DNA of 64,000 nt from Camelus ferus (lineage: Eukaryota): NCBI RefSeq assembly GCF_009834535.1, contig NC_045696.1, forward strand, positions 98,830,001-98,894,000. The letters are read 5' to 3'. A model generated the notes under the pieces. The model did no database searches and was not told the origin of the DNA. It saw only the letters and a program-made list of their open reading frames with translations. Of this stretch, positions 38,481-51,555 are shown piece after piece (within the stretch, counting starts at the first letter, position 1; every line of letters starts with the position of its first letter). The position numbers and the translations under genes were made by a program.

Positions 38481-40064
38481 ATTAATTTGTTGCATTTTAC
38501 AACTTGTTTCCAATTTGAAAGGATTCCTATTATAATCAGAACACGTGCACACTTACATCTGCATGTTAATTCCTTAAAACTACTCTTATTTTCTATGTAT
38601 TTCATAAATCAGGATAGATCTCTAAAAAATTAACCCCACTAACTTTTCCTCTTGTTCTAATTTCGTTTTACTCCTAAAACTTTCACAAAGATTTTTCTTT
38701 ATCCAAGACGTCTAAATGAGCCTAAAATCTCTGGAATGAGCAAAAAATTGGCATGCCATGTATTCTTTAGGATACTATTTTTGTAATCAGAAAAACTGAT
38801 CAAACTCAGAAAATTGTGTTAGATCGCTATTTAGGGATTGGACACAACTTACTTATTAGCATATAGTTTGTTTTTGAAATTTCAAGTGTCTTGCTTACAT
38901 TTTAACTAAATGTGATCAACAGTGTAAAACAGAACATGCTTACTTCCAAAACCAGACATTGGGTTTTTATGAAAAGCAGGCACAGTTCCTCTCAGAGGAA
39001 AAAGTCATTATTCAAAACTTCTCTAATAGCTTTCTTTAAGAACTTTAATACAATCCCTGTTTTTGAGAAACTGATTTTAAGATCAAGAGATTTAAAAATT
39101 CTCTATGTTTTCTCTAGTGTATTATTTTCATCTTGGTTTGTGGATAATAAGAATGCAAAAATGTATTTTAAAAAGTTACTGTCTAGTGTAATAATAGTCA
39201 TAACCAATAACAGTACTTAATATTTTTTGAATGCTCCATATACCACAACAATGAAATTGAATGAGAAATGTAATGATCTCTTTCCTAAAGATAAAGAACC
39301 AGATTTGGACGTGCAGTTTGCACAATTACATTATTATTTAATGGTGTTTGAGGGTGTGATCTTTTTTATGTGTTGGCCACCTCAAACTTTCTCTTCCTCA
39401 ACCTCCAGGGCTTTCCTCCAACTAACACTCTTCACCCCGATGCTGTAATTCAGGCCATGTTACTATGTTTCTCGATATTGCATTTCTTATTAAAAAACTT
39501 TCATCTATCGGTTTTTTTGATAAACATAAAAATTATAAGCAGAGATGCTATCTAAATTTTAATTGTATAAATATACGGCCACAAGCTTTAATATATTACA
39601 AAATTGCAAAGATTGCCACACTCAGCAAAATAGTGTATCCTTGGCAAGTTGTAAAGCATACCGAGTTGATTTATTTTACAGTCTATACATTTGCTTAGAG
39701 AAAAAGCCTAATAAAATAAAAATAAATATGTCACATACTGACACATTTTTTACTCTGAAGGAGCTTTTGAAAATGTATCTTTTTAAAGAGCTAGCAGCAA
39801 ATACTTGTCATTAAATTAAAAATGCTATACAAAACCTTTTTTAAATGAGATCATGTTGAATATCTGCCACAAGACTGAGGAGGAACAGATTTTACCGAGG
39901 GAGAGGCATGGAGTCCAGGGACTCATTGTAATTTAAAGACACTTCCAAAGACGTAGCCACGAAACGTCATTAACTGCTCCAATGATGCATTCAATGTCCG
40001 GCTACATTTTGACTGACCTTGTCTTAGGCAGTGGATAAAGAGGGGTGAACAATGCAAAAATTGT

Positions 40065-40650
40065 CACTGGTTATATTAGTGAGGGATTAGTGAAGAAAAC
40101 AGAAACCTCTGCTACTGTAAGCAGAAAAGGACTTCAATGCTTCCAAAATCACAAGAGAAGTCGGAACAGTGGATTCCAGTCTAGATCTCACAGAGCACCA
40201 GAGAACTGGCTCATGAGGGATGAGTACAGTCAGAAAGGCGGGGAATGAGGAGGCCACCCTGAATCACTGAGATCAAACTCATTCGTGTAGCTGCAGATCG
40301 GAGGCAACAAGCCACGGGTGAATCTGCCACTGTCACTTCTTAATGATGACTGGCATCCTGGCCCCCGCTCAGCTGCACCTGCTTCTAAACACCCACCAAG
40401 CCGGAGACTGGACCCTTGGACAATGCTGCAGAAACACCTGTGTCTTCAGTATCTGGCTTGACAGCAGCAAACCGCCTGAAACAGCGGAAAGATGGATTCT
40501 GCTTCATGTCCAAATTTCACATGAGTGTATTTCATAGATGGAGCATAATTCACGTGCATGATGCTAGATGTAAAGAAGTCTATTAACTTCTATTAACTTT
40601 CTGCCCCTGGAATGCAGGCAGGCTGTTAGAGGGTGCAAGGATAGATGTCG
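40065..40650 (-). mobile_element. Possible ancient LTR remnant
   Basis: 'tattagtgagggattagtgaagaaaacagaaacc...taagcagaaaagg' resembles reverse ends of old ERVL/Gypsy-type mammalian LTRs. Family uncertain. Confidence 0.35.
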
Positions 40651-40679
40651 AGCCAAGGGGCTCCTTTCCTGCCAGGTTA

Positions 40680-42110
40680 CATTTAACCAGAGAAGCCAAA
40701 CGCATACATAAATATATAATTACAAATAATGGTAAGTGCTGTAAGGGGAAAGAGAGAGTGCCTTGGGAGAGTATGCTAGGGCAGACCCAATTTAGATCAG
40801 AAGAAAGAGTGATTTGTTTTTAAATTGAGGTACAGCCAATTTACAATGATTCATGTATATAGCAAAGTGACTCGGTTATACATATACATTTATATATTCT
40901 TTTTCAGATTCTTTTCCATTATAGGTCATTACAAGATATTGACTATAGTTCCTATGCTCTACAGTAGGTCCTCGTTCTTTATCTATTTTATATATATATA
41001 GTAGTGTGCATCTATTAATCCCAAACTCCTAATTTATCTCTCTTCCCCAACCACCCCTTCTTCCTCTTTGGTAACCATAAGTTTGTTTTCTATGTCTGTG
41101 AGTCTGTTTCTATTTTGTAAATAAGTTCATTTGTGTCATTTTTTTTTAGATTCCACATATAAATGACACCATATGGTATTTTTCTTTCTCTGTCTGGCTT
41201 ATTTCACTTAGGATGACAATCTCCAGGTCCACCCATGTTGCTGCAAATGGCATTATTCCATTCTTTTTATGGCTGAGTAGTATTCTATTGTATAAATATA
41301 CCACATCTTCTTTATCTAGTCATCTGCTGATGGATATTTAAGTTGCTTCCATGTCTTGGCCATTGTAACTACGTAGTACTTCTATGAATTCTGGGGTACA
41401 TGTATCTTCTTGAATTAGAGTTTTCATCTTTTCTGGATATATGCCCAGGAAGAAAGAGTGGTTTTGAAGCTCCTCTGTGAGGCTTTCTCATTTAGACAAA
41501 GACCAGAAGGATGAGTAGGGATTGTGGGTGGAGTGTGGAGAGAGGGCATTGAGTTCAGAGTTCTGAGACACATGAATGGATGAGGCATTCAAGAAATAGA
41601 GGGAAGGCCGGGGGATTGGAGAAGAGCAAGCAGGGCCAGGGGGTTGGAGCAAAGGTAAAGACCGGGTCCTCCAGACCCCATTGTCCCTGTCAGGGATTTT
41701 GCCGTCATGGTCTAAGCTCAATGGGAATTCCTCTGAAGAAGTTTAAGCAGGGGTGGAGACATGATCCAATACATACCATAGTTCTAAGAGCTCATCCTGG
41801 CTGCTGTGTGAAGAATAGATTGGAAGGGAGCAAAAGGGGGAAACCTAGTTAGTGATTATTGCTGAGCTCGGGCAAGAGGCAGTGATTTAAGGTGCTGGTG
41901 AGACATCTGACTGGACAGATATAGGCAGCAGCAGTTAACATTTTGGACTTTAGTTAGGAAATGCATTGGAGACCTAACTTAATAGGAATAGGCCAATAGA
42001 TAGTACTGAGAAACAATGAAAGTGAGTGAGATCAGACAGGGAGAAAAAGAAAAGAGAAGAGGATTGGGGTTAAGCACTGAGGAATGTCTACATTTAGAAC
42101 TTATCAGGGT
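40680..42110 (-). mobile_element. L2 LINE fragment split by a younger L1
   Basis: 'taagtgctgtaagggg', 'agaccagaaggatgagtagg', 'gtttaagcaggggtggagacatgatcc...ctggctgctgtgtgaagaataga'. Confidence 0.6.
40812..41448 (-). mobile_element. 5'-truncated cetartiodactyl-type L1 with TSD
   Basis: Reverse L1 3' sequence ('ttccacatat...catgttgctgcaaatggcattattccattctttttatggctgagtagtattc') bounded by the direct repeat GAAGAAAGAGTG at 40800-40811 and 41449-41460. Confidence 0.9.
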
Positions 42111-43142
42111 CATGGCTCTTGACAACCAGGCTCTTTCAAACCGTAGCAGGCTTTTACCTATTGATTCCAGAAAGTTCTATGTGATAGTAACCAAAGGCAG
42201 TCTTTTGGAGATCATTTTCAGTTCTACATGCCTTTGCTGACCTCACTTATGTAACTCTTTCCTTCTCTTTATTTTAAGGGAGTTTCCTTGAGGCTCTCTG
42301 AGCTTCTGTGGAAACCTCACTGCAGATAGTATATTTGTCCAGACATTTCCAACAGATTGTCCCTTCAATCTTTATTTTTACAAAAGCCAAGGAACAGTTG
42401 TTATTTCTGAACCTGCAAAGCCTTAGATTTCCAGACTTTCTCTAGAATGTTTCATTTCTACTTGGAATTCAGCCAGTTCTTCCCTGAGGGTGCCTCCTTA
42501 CAACAAGCACAGCCAAAGACCAGAAACGCTATCACTGCTGTTCTGTTCTCTTGTCTCTTCGTGTATCTCAGGGCTACAGGCTCATCAGGTACATGAAAGT
42601 CCTCTCAAGCAACCACAGTTGACAGCTGACACTCTTTCTTCTGACATCTTTCTTTCCCTGGTGGAGGAGAGATATCACTTAATCATTTCACTGGCTAGAG
42701 TGGGTCAGCCTGCTTAATTGTGAAGAAGTCAAGACATGGAGAGAAGTAGATGGAATGTTTAGAGAGCTGTCCACACCTGTCATGCCTTCCCTTTAGCCTA
42801 ACACAAAATGAAATACCATGAGCATAATTATATCTGCCTGAAAACTAAGTTTCAGATTCTTATGTTCTAATTTTTATTCATCATGAGTATATTTTACCAC
42901 TCTCCTTAACCTCTTGGGGAACAGGAATAACACATGGCTTGTCAACTAGACCCCCAGCTCCACTCCCTAAAATTTTCTTTTCATAGTAGACCCTAGAGCA
43001 GAAGGAAAAGGTTAAGAACTGTGGAAGTATAATTTAATTCCAAAGGAAAGTAAGAACAGACAGGTGCATATGTTCCCATTCTAGGCAAAATTATTTGCCC
43101 CAAAAGGAAACACAAAATGAGTTACACATTTCTTCTTTGCTC

Positions 43143-43325
43143 TGTGTGATTGATTATTGTTCAAAATATTCACTCTTTTCCCCTCAGTTTTGTGGACAGA
43201 GTATTTCCCTATTTTCTGACTCTGGGTTTGGTTATATTTCTTGGTTGGGCCAATGGGAGATAAGCAGACATGACTGAAGTCAAATTGTGAAAACTACTTG
43301 TGAGATTGGGTTTGAACTCTTATGT
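43143..43325 (+). mobile_element. MaLR (MLT1H/I-like) 5' fragment
   Basis: 'gagtatttccc...tgactctgggtttggttat...ggccaatgggagataagcagacatgac'. Confidence 0.55.
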
Positions 43326-44192
43326 GAAATACTTATTGTTGCATATAAAAGATTTTGCTATTATTAGTTATGTGTTGCTTTTTTGAGTCAGTATTGGCCT
43401 GTATACTACAAAACTATGTATGTGTAGATGGATTGTAGTTTTCCATAACTGACATAAAAGGTGCACAAAGTGTGACTTTGGTGTGTGAATTAATTTCCTC
43501 TAAAGATCGGGTTCCTGATTAGGTGATGTTTCAAGAGATGAAAAGATCAGAGTAATATGAATCCAGGTTTTAGTTTTATTTCAAAGATGAATTACTTATA
43601 TACATACATGCAGTGTTTTTCACTGTTTTACCAATAAAATAATTCTCTGTTATCTAATTATCTAATTTGCTATGTATAATCTTTTCCTTTGCTTTCTGTA
43701 TTGCTTAAAACCCTGGACAGAGCAACAGCTTAAAGCAAAATAAAATTCTAAGTACAAATTGAATTCTATTTTCACTACTTAACTGTTACAAACTCTAGTT
43801 AGCCAACAATTTATTTCATAACTTGGCTCTTTTTTCAATCTTGCTAACTCCAGCCTCACAGGGTTTTTTTTTTTTAAAGGCTACAGTCCATTTTATAACA
43901 TTCTTTAAAGTAAAAGGTGAAAAGCTTTCTCAGCCCATCCTATCTACTCTGAGCACTGTAGGACCTTCCTTTCCAGAGGACAGACTTCTGAATTCCTCCC
44001 AATCTAGGTCAGGCCAGACCCATTATTCTCTGTCTGCCAACTGGCATGTACTTTTCTCTACAGAAAAATGTTACATGTTCCCTGACTATTCCATGCTTGT
44101 TGCTCGTGTTCATTGTTAAACTAAGTTTGCTGAAACAAAATAGAGCAGATAATGGCCTCCTCTCACCACAGAATGGAATCTAAGACAGTGTT

Positions 44193-44657
44193 TGTAGCGG
44201 TCCCTGTAGGTGCTCTGCCCAGATCTCCTGGACAGTCACCTTTCCTGCAGGTGCCAATGGCTTCTTACTGGAAACAACTGCAACCCTCCCCCTGGGGTGG
44301 TCCCTGATGGCAGGAGCATGCGCAGCTGCATACAGGACAGGCAGCCTTCAGGGGGTTAATAGCCCCTGGGAGCAGCAGTTAGGGATGAGGTATAAGAGTT
44401 GGTAGATAAATAGCCCAGCTTTTCACCCTTCTGGTGGGACAACCTTTAGACATGTTCTGTTCTATTTCCCAGAATTCCCCAGAAACAGGCGGCAGCAATG
44501 TGTTCACTCATTATTGTACCCTCTCTCACCACCTTCCTTTATCTGTCTCATGTCCCTACAACCTCACAGGTGTTTTCTGGAATCACCTTCCAAATAAACT
44601 AATTGCACTCAAATCCTTGTCCTAAGGTCAGCATCTGGAGAAAACCAATACAAGATA
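44193..44657 (+). mobile_element. ERVL solo LTR, LTR16-like
   Basis: Starts 'tgtagcgg...gtgctctgcccagatc' and ends 'ccaaataaactaattgcactcaaatccttgtc...caagata', with AATAAA at 44593-44598. Confidence 0.75.
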
Positions 44658-44669
44658 GTGCCGAAATTT

Positions 44670-44755
44670 TTAAAAAAGAAAAAAAGTAAAAGTAAAGATG
44701 AAGAGAATGTAGAAAGGAAGGAATGAAGAAGGAAGGAAAGAATGAAGGAAGAGAG
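44670..44755. repeat. GA-rich low-complexity tract
   Basis: 'aaaaagaaaaaaagtaaaagtaaag...gaaggaatgaagaaggaaggaaagaatgaaggaag'. Confidence 0.8.
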
Positions 44756-45629
44756 CTTGGAAGTTAAAAGTCAAAGAATAAATTAAATAATTAATCACTT
44801 ACTTAAGAAAAAAATTCTGCTCGGTAAAACAAATAATCTAATTTTTAGGCATGCACACATTCTGGACAAAATTTTGAAGATAGAAGCTGCTTTCAAAAAT
44901 GGGACATATGAAGGGAATGGCTGTAATCTTTAGGCCTCTCTGTCTCTTAGAGATGGAGTATAATGGAGAAAGTGTGCTGGTTTTGGAATCAAGCCCACCC
45001 CTGCCTCCTTCACCAGCTGTGTGGATGGAAGCCTCTTTACTTGGTAAATGGGGACAGTGTAAAGAAAGGTAAGTGCTGAGAGCCAGAATCATCTGTGGCC
45101 TTCCCTTGGACTGAATTTGTTGTACTTGTGGTCTGGTCTGGATTCCTTTTTGGAAGTTGATGGGTCTAGAACAAAAACTGGATAAATGGCTAGAACGTCA
45201 GGCCTTCAGAGATGATAGCTGACTCAGGATTGTCTCAGAGAGACTAGGATTGCATCATTATTTCTGAGAATTTTATCTAGACTTATATCTTCTGTGTAGG
45301 TGACACTCATTAGTGTCAAAATTAATAATTTTAAAAATACAGCCCCAAACTTCATTTGAAGGAGTAGATGATAAAATATATAATTTTCCAGTACCATTTG
45401 CTCAGAGGAAAAGGTTTTAGCAACTGGTATCTGACTGTAATGAGAAATTGTACCCGTTCCAAAGTCTGGATAAGGAGCTCGCCATACTAAAATCACGTGC
45501 TTTAAAAATCATTATGAAATCAACAATTATTGATTGATTGCATCTTAGGAATGAAAGATGTGTGCTAAAGGCCAGGGAGCACTACATAAATCTTTTGTAG
45601 TGTTGTACTCTGTTTGGGAGACAGAAAGG

Positions 45630-45760
45630 TCTTGTTGCTTCTGTTTTACAGATAAGGCAAGTGACACCTGGGGAGAATAAGTGACTTTTTCAGGATCTCA
45701 AAGCTAAACAGTGGCAAAGCCAGGAACTTGAGTCTTCAATCTAACACGATTTCCCTTTTC
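45630..45760 (-). mobile_element. MIR fragment
   Basis: 'tgttttacagataagg...aagtgactttttcaggatctcaaagctaaacagtggcaaagccagga'. Confidence 0.6.
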
Positions 45761-46929
45761 TCATCCGCTTTGTTAGTTTGCAACTCAGCCTACTGAAATA
45801 TACATATATACATACACACACACAAAGTAATCCCTTTCAAAACCTAACACATTTCTTTATAGGCTGTTCTTACTGAAATAAAGTAAAAAAATCACAATGT
45901 AGGGAGCTGGGTTTCAGTATCTGATGACAACAGCCAGTTTTCTTTCATGGGTATTAAAAACGCTTACTTTAGAAGGAAAAGGCAGGAGGTGGGAGGCCCT
46001 GGGGGCTCAGGGATCGTCCCCGCTGGCAGCTATGGGTCCACTGTCCGCAGATTTACACTCACGGCATCTGGGGACTGATTAGCTTTTGCCCAGAATAAGA
46101 TTTCTTATCTCACTGGTTTTGTTTGTGAAAAAACTCAGCAGTGTGAAAACTAACAAAAATTTTCAAATTACCCTGAACAACTCAAATGTTTGTCTCCCTA
46201 TATGGTCTCACAGGCCTCCTATCACATCTCCAAAAATTGAATCCTAATACTGATCTTTTTCCCCCATACCTTCTACATTTAATAATCTGAGTTACAGCAC
46301 AGAATTCACCATTGAGTCCTTTGCAGGTTCATTCTCAACACTTCACCCAAAGAGGAAGGGAGAGTGTGCCGAACAGTATCACTGTAAAGGGGAACCAGAT
46401 GAGGATGCTCACCATGGGCCCCATGCAAAGTGAAGGCACATTGGAGCCTTTTTTATCCAGAGATCTGTCAGACATTCATCAGGCGGTGTTACTTGATCAC
46501 AGCAGGATAAAAATGCACACCCAGGGCAAATCTGTAAACACCAGCTTAATCTGCATGGGAAGAGCCACTGTCATCTCCGAAAGAAAAAGCCTCGAGGACA
46601 CATTTCAGCAGTGACAGTCACCTCAATGTCTCAAAAATCTTGTTGGATTTATTACACAACCATAAGAAATATTAGAATGCTGCATGGAAAAGGGGAGGAT
46701 AATGAGTGTTTTCTTAGAATTTTATTTCCTTTAAGATAAATTAAGTCCTTATTTCACATTGTGATTAAAGTAAAAAGTTTTATTACCCTAGGAGCTGCAG
46801 TGTCTTCAACATCATTACATAATAGCATATTTTTCATGTACTATTACATCGGCAAGCAATCTGACTACTGGGTTACTTTAGCACATCCATCCCATAGAAG
46901 AGGTTAAAGATGATCATCCCAAAATTTAA

Positions 46930-46992
46930 CTTAGCTTCTTAGTTTTCGTGTCAGTACAAATCTTAGTTTCTTAGTTTTAGTGTCAGTACAAA
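46930..46992. repeat. Two-copy tandem duplication, 32-bp period
   Basis: cttagcttcttagttttcgtgtcagtacaaa (46930-46960) versus cttagtttcttagttttagtgtcagtacaaa (46962-46992), 2 mismatches. Confidence 0.9.
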
Positions 46993-48564
46993 AAACACAA
47001 AATTATTTGTAGTAATATTTAGGGAGAGACAGGAGCAGACTTATAAGGTACCTGGAAAAGAGTTCTCAGATATTGGTAAAAATTAAACTGTATTAAGTAA
47101 TGAAATATAATTAACCCACAAAGCATAATTTTCACCAAGTCCTGGAAACATTTCATGTGAATCCTCATAATACTAAATTCACCACTCACCCCTGCCCCTC
47201 CACACAGAGAAATCTAGAGAATCTTGACTTTCGAAAACTCCCTTTTGTGTAAAGATGAGAATTCTTAGCATCAAGAGACGATGATAGAGTGGTCCAAAAG
47301 CACCTTTGAGAATTTGCTAAATGCTATGAGCTTTCTTTTCAGAAGCAGAAAATCATACACTGAAAATTTGGTATATAGCTTCAGGGTATTTACCAATGCC
47401 CTAAAATCCTACTGTCCTCAGTTAAGAACCCCTAATGTACACAGTCAAGTGAATGATCAGTTCTGAATGTGGCCAACGTACTGTGGAGGGCTGGGCAATT
47501 CCCAAAGTCACTCTGAGCTGTCATCACAGCTGGAAAATGTGGACTTTAAATTTCTTCTTAATGCCCTGCCTGAGTTCGCTTGAGAATTCCTTAACTTTCT
47601 GCTTTACTTTCATTTAATTCAACATCCTGGCTAATTCTTGAGTAAACATATGTTTGGCTATACATATATGGAGAGAAACATATTGAAAACATTAGGTCTA
47701 AAAAAAATGGTCAACATTAGTTACTTCCATATATGTTCATTTGAATAAGGTGAAGCCTCAAGAAAACTAGTTACCAGGAGCCTTATTTATCCAAGATGAA
47801 TACCTAGAGATATTCCTTAGTATTAGTGTCAGCGTTTGCAAGAAAAAATTATCCCATTAAAATAGCCCTCATGAATAATTCAGAGAGTTCAATTTAATGG
47901 AGAAAGGGGGAGACAGAAACAGGTTATCAAATTTGTTGGAAACCCATGTTGCTGCACAGCATTTTTTTTCATGAGCAGTCATAATGTAGGTTATTCTTTG
48001 TTCTGTATCTCCATGAAGAAGTAGATCTCAACATTTTATTTTTTTACTTTTAATTTTCTGCTCTGTAGCATTCATAAAGACATGTTTTCAAATAATATTT
48101 TCTGAAAAATATGTTCTGTGCTATGGATTCCCATATTAGGATGATGATTATCCTTTTCTGTTGTTGTTCATAAGAAATGTTTGTCAATTTTGAAATGGTA
48201 ACAGACAAAGGAAATACACATGAGATGGAAAACTTTCTCTTAAAGATGATCACTAAGTGATTGGAGTGAACACAATCCCTCAGTGTTGGCCAGGGTATAG
48301 TCAAGAAACAGGAGCCACTCTAGGAATTCCTCGAATGAGTGCTTTAGCCCAGAAAAGGGAGCATCCACATTTGGGAGAGCTGGGGGAGCAAAGGGGAAGG
48401 AGATAGATGGATTCAAGAGAAAGAAGGGCAGCAATAGGATTGAGTGGATCACCAAACATGAGATTTTTCTCTTTTTTATGGAGATGTCAGGGATCACTGT
48501 TCTTCATGCAGAAAAGCCTGATACATGTACAATGGTCCAGATTTGAAACCTTAGAAACCAGAGG

Positions 48565-48710
48565 GTTTTTTCTTAATAATTTTGTTTTGTTTTGTGGGGG
48601 TAGGTAATTGGGTTTTTATTTAGTTATTTTTAATGGAGGGACTGGGGATTGAACCTAGGACCTCATGCATGCTAAGCATGCACTCTACCGCTGAGCTATA
48701 CCCTCTCTCT
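48565..48710 (-). mobile_element. tRNA-Ala-derived camelid SINE (Vic-1-like)
   Basis: The reverse complement reads GAGGGTATAGCTCAGCGGTAGAGTGCATGCTTAGCATGCATGAGGTCCTAGGTTCAATCCCCAGT..., then 'aattacctacccc' and an A-rich tail. TSD GAAACCAGAGG at 48554-48564 and 48711-48721. Confidence 0.92.
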
Positions 48711-48805
48711 GAAACCAGAGGTTTTTGAATTTTAACTATTAATCAACAAGTTTCTTTCCTAATGTATGGATAACCTAATATTATTTACTCTGGGGAAAAA
48801 AGAAA

Positions 48806-48875
48806 ATATGTGTGTGTATATATATATATGTATATATATACACATACACATATATATATATATATATGTATATAT
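48806..48875. repeat. Imperfect (TA)n/(TG)n microsatellite
   Basis: Alternating purine-pyrimidine run read directly. Confidence 0.9.
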
Positions 48876-49207
48876 TATATTCCCTGTTTTTCTGTATTTT
48901 GAATGCCTACCATGGACTATATTAATCATCTTACACATATTTTACAAAAAACAAAACTGCAAATGTTAATAATTATAGACCAAATAGCCATGAGGTTGTG
49001 TACTGCTGATAATTTGAATTATCTCCTCCTTTTCCTTATCATCATCATTGTCATCATCATCATCATCACAACAGAGACACTGACTTCAGGATGGAAAGAA
49101 ACTATGGGCCTTGTGGGCACTTCATTCAGTTCTTGTAGGGAGTTTTTCAGGGGGTCCATGTAAGAACAGTGGAAGTGGCAGTTTTAAGAAGGGCAGGAAT
49201 GAGAAGG

Positions 49208-49650
49208 GCTGTGAGTTGGGTTCCCAGGGAAGCAGAACCTGAGAAGGAAGTTTTCCATACGATACTTTTGGAACAGCACCTAGAAAAGAGAGAGGAAGGA
49301 CGCAAGAGTAGGCAGGAGAAGGCAGGCTGAGAGGGAGCCCAGGCTCACTGGAAGCCTCACGCCACCCGGGGAGGAGCCCTGGCGGCGGAAGAGCCCTTCA
49401 GGGCCATCCCCAGTTGGGGCTGAGGGGCCAGGTCTTTACAAGCCCACTTCCGTTACTGGGTTTGGGTTGCCAGGGGAAGGGGTGTGGATTTGGGTAAGTT
49501 TTCTCTCTTCATCTATGACAAACCCTGAAGAGGGCTAGGCTCTCAGGACTGTCTGCCTGCACCACTCACAGCATCTAGGAGACTGAGTCCTAGATTCCCA
49601 AAGGGAATCGGAGGAAAGATGGGATGGTCAAGTATCAGAGCATTTCAGGT
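49208..49650 (-). mobile_element. ERVL LTR (LTR33/LTR16-class)
   Basis: 'gttgggttcccaggggaagcagaacctgaga' and 'gagcccttcagg...ggccaggtctttac' resemble reverse ERVL LTRs. Confidence 0.55.
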
Positions 49651-49919
49651 AGAAAGAAGAGTGCATGAGGGCAGACTCGAGCAGCACCATGATAAGGAGA
49701 GCTTGGATGTAAGCAAGGTATTTGTGGGTACAGTTAGGGCAAGTATAGTTGGGCAAAGTTGTGAAAGGGCATTAACAGTCAGTCCAGATCATATAGTAAT
49801 ACACAGAAGGATCTTCTATCTGGCTTTGAAAGAAAAAACATACACAAAGAGGGTAAGTCTGCCAGCACTGTGTCATGGATGGATGAGAAGGAGAAAGTCA
49901 AGTAAGGGGTGGAAAAAAC

Positions 49920-50300
49920 TGGTAGCTGCTTCTTCAATATCCAGTATCTTCTCTTTTCTTGGTTACTGGTCCTCTTTATAAATAAAGGCTTTCCATGCAG
50001 GGAGAGGTGACCCATGGGATGTAAAATAAGCCAGGTAGGTTTTTAGGGAAAGCCCTTTAAAGTGTGACTCTCTTGCCCCCTCCTCCTTCTTCCTGCTTAG
50101 AGCTCACACAGGATGGCCGTAGTTCCAGAACGCTTCCCAGACCATGAGGAAGAGAGCAGGAAGACCTGCAGAGACCTCAGTTTCAACGTTCTTGAGCCAC
50201 TGAACCAATGCCAGTTGCCCTCTCCGTCCAGATTTTTAGTTACATGAAAAAATAATTATAAATTCTTATGTGTTTAAGTCACCAAGGTTGGATCTCTGAT
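49920..50300 (+). mobile_element. MaLR (MLT1J-like) LTR
   Basis: 'ttgagccactgaaccaatgccag...ccagatttttagttacatgaaaaaataa...tgtgtttaagtcac'. Confidence 0.65.
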
Positions 50301-50399
50301 ACCAGTGGATTTCCCACTGATAACCAATGATTGACAACAGACAAGACTTTTGTTTAACCTATGCTGTTGAGAGAGAGAGTAAAGAAAGCATCTTTGTCC

Positions 50400-51035
50400 C
50401 CAAGGGGGCTACTATTAACTCAGGAAGATAAGACTTCTCCCTTCAAACATTAATCGATAGGATCTAATATACAATTAAGCACCTATTTAATTTCACACTA
50501 CAGAAAATACATCATACAGGAGTTCAAAGAAGAGGGAAACTAATGAGGACCTGGTCTTCAGAGAAGGCTTCACCATGAAGGGAGGACACAATCTAAGCCC
50601 TGAGTAATGGGTAGGTTTGCAGAGGAAAAGAAGAAGGCAGGGGATTTAGGGGGAGGGAAACCATCAGCGAATTTGATAGGAATGAAGATGGCATGCATCA
50701 TGCAGGAGAGTTGGATTGACGGAAGAGAGTCAGAAATATACCTGGGCAGCTATGGTATTAACAGAGAATGGTGGGAGGCTGGAAAGTCACACAAGGAAGG
50801 GTGGTTTAGTGTGAGGAAAACTAAAGTGCCACAGAAAGTGAATGCAGCGTGACTTTGAAAAGACTGGGTGCAGCACGGAATGAATCTGAGAGACGCCTAG
50901 ACGAGAACAGATCCGCCAAGATATTGCAATAGTAACCCAGAGGTGAGATGGTAAGAGTCTGAATCATACTGCAACAGTGAGGAGAGATGAGACGGCATGG
51001 ATTCAAGAGACACTTCCATCTTTCAGCTAGTGGGC
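50400..51035 (-). mobile_element. L2 LINE fragment
   Basis: 'cagagaaggcttcacc', 'tattgcaatagtaacccagaggtgagatggtaagagtctgaa...gtgaggagagatgag...gattcaagagacac'. Confidence 0.55.
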
Positions 51036-51321
51036 AATTTTTACCCACATGCTTAAAAAAAAAAAAAAATCAAGACAGAAGCCAATGGTGACCAACATCC
51101 CAGCATAAACCTTATTACTGCTCTCTGTAAAAGCTTGCCAGAGTTCTCCACTGAGCCTTAAAGTGAGAGTAAGCCTTCACTAAGAGCCCTCCTAAAAAGA
51201 CGGTGCTTCTAATTGTTTACATTTTCTTTAGACCTTTAATATGATTTTAGAGGTTTATTGATATAAAAGTATAATTTTCTTGTTGGATACATTGTTAGCT
51301 TTTGTTCTTATTTTTTATCAC

Positions 51322-51555
51322 ATTGTGGTTAAGAGTGGGTTCTAGAATTAGACCACTTGGGTTTTTGAACCCTGCCTTTTCTGATTCCCAATTCTATGAC
51401 CTTGAACGAACTGTTTAAACTCGGCATGCTTCAGTTTCCTGGCCCACAAAATGAGACCAAAACTGTCATCATTTGAGTGTTAAATAAGCGAATGCATGTA
51501 AAGAATTTAGAATGCCCTGGAATACAGGTATTCAATAAATGTTGATATTATTATG
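51322..51555 (+). mobile_element. MIR SINE
   Basis: 'gtggttaagagtgggttctagaattagacc...tgaccttgaacg...cttcagtttcct...aatgcatgtaaagaatttagaa...ttcaataaatgttg'. Confidence 0.78.

Noticed and set aside
48635..48710. tRNA-Ala(AGC) gene (also the copies at 56583 and 58555)
   Set aside because: Each has a SINE-specific tail, an A-rich end and TSDs, so these are retroposed SINEs, not tRNA genes.
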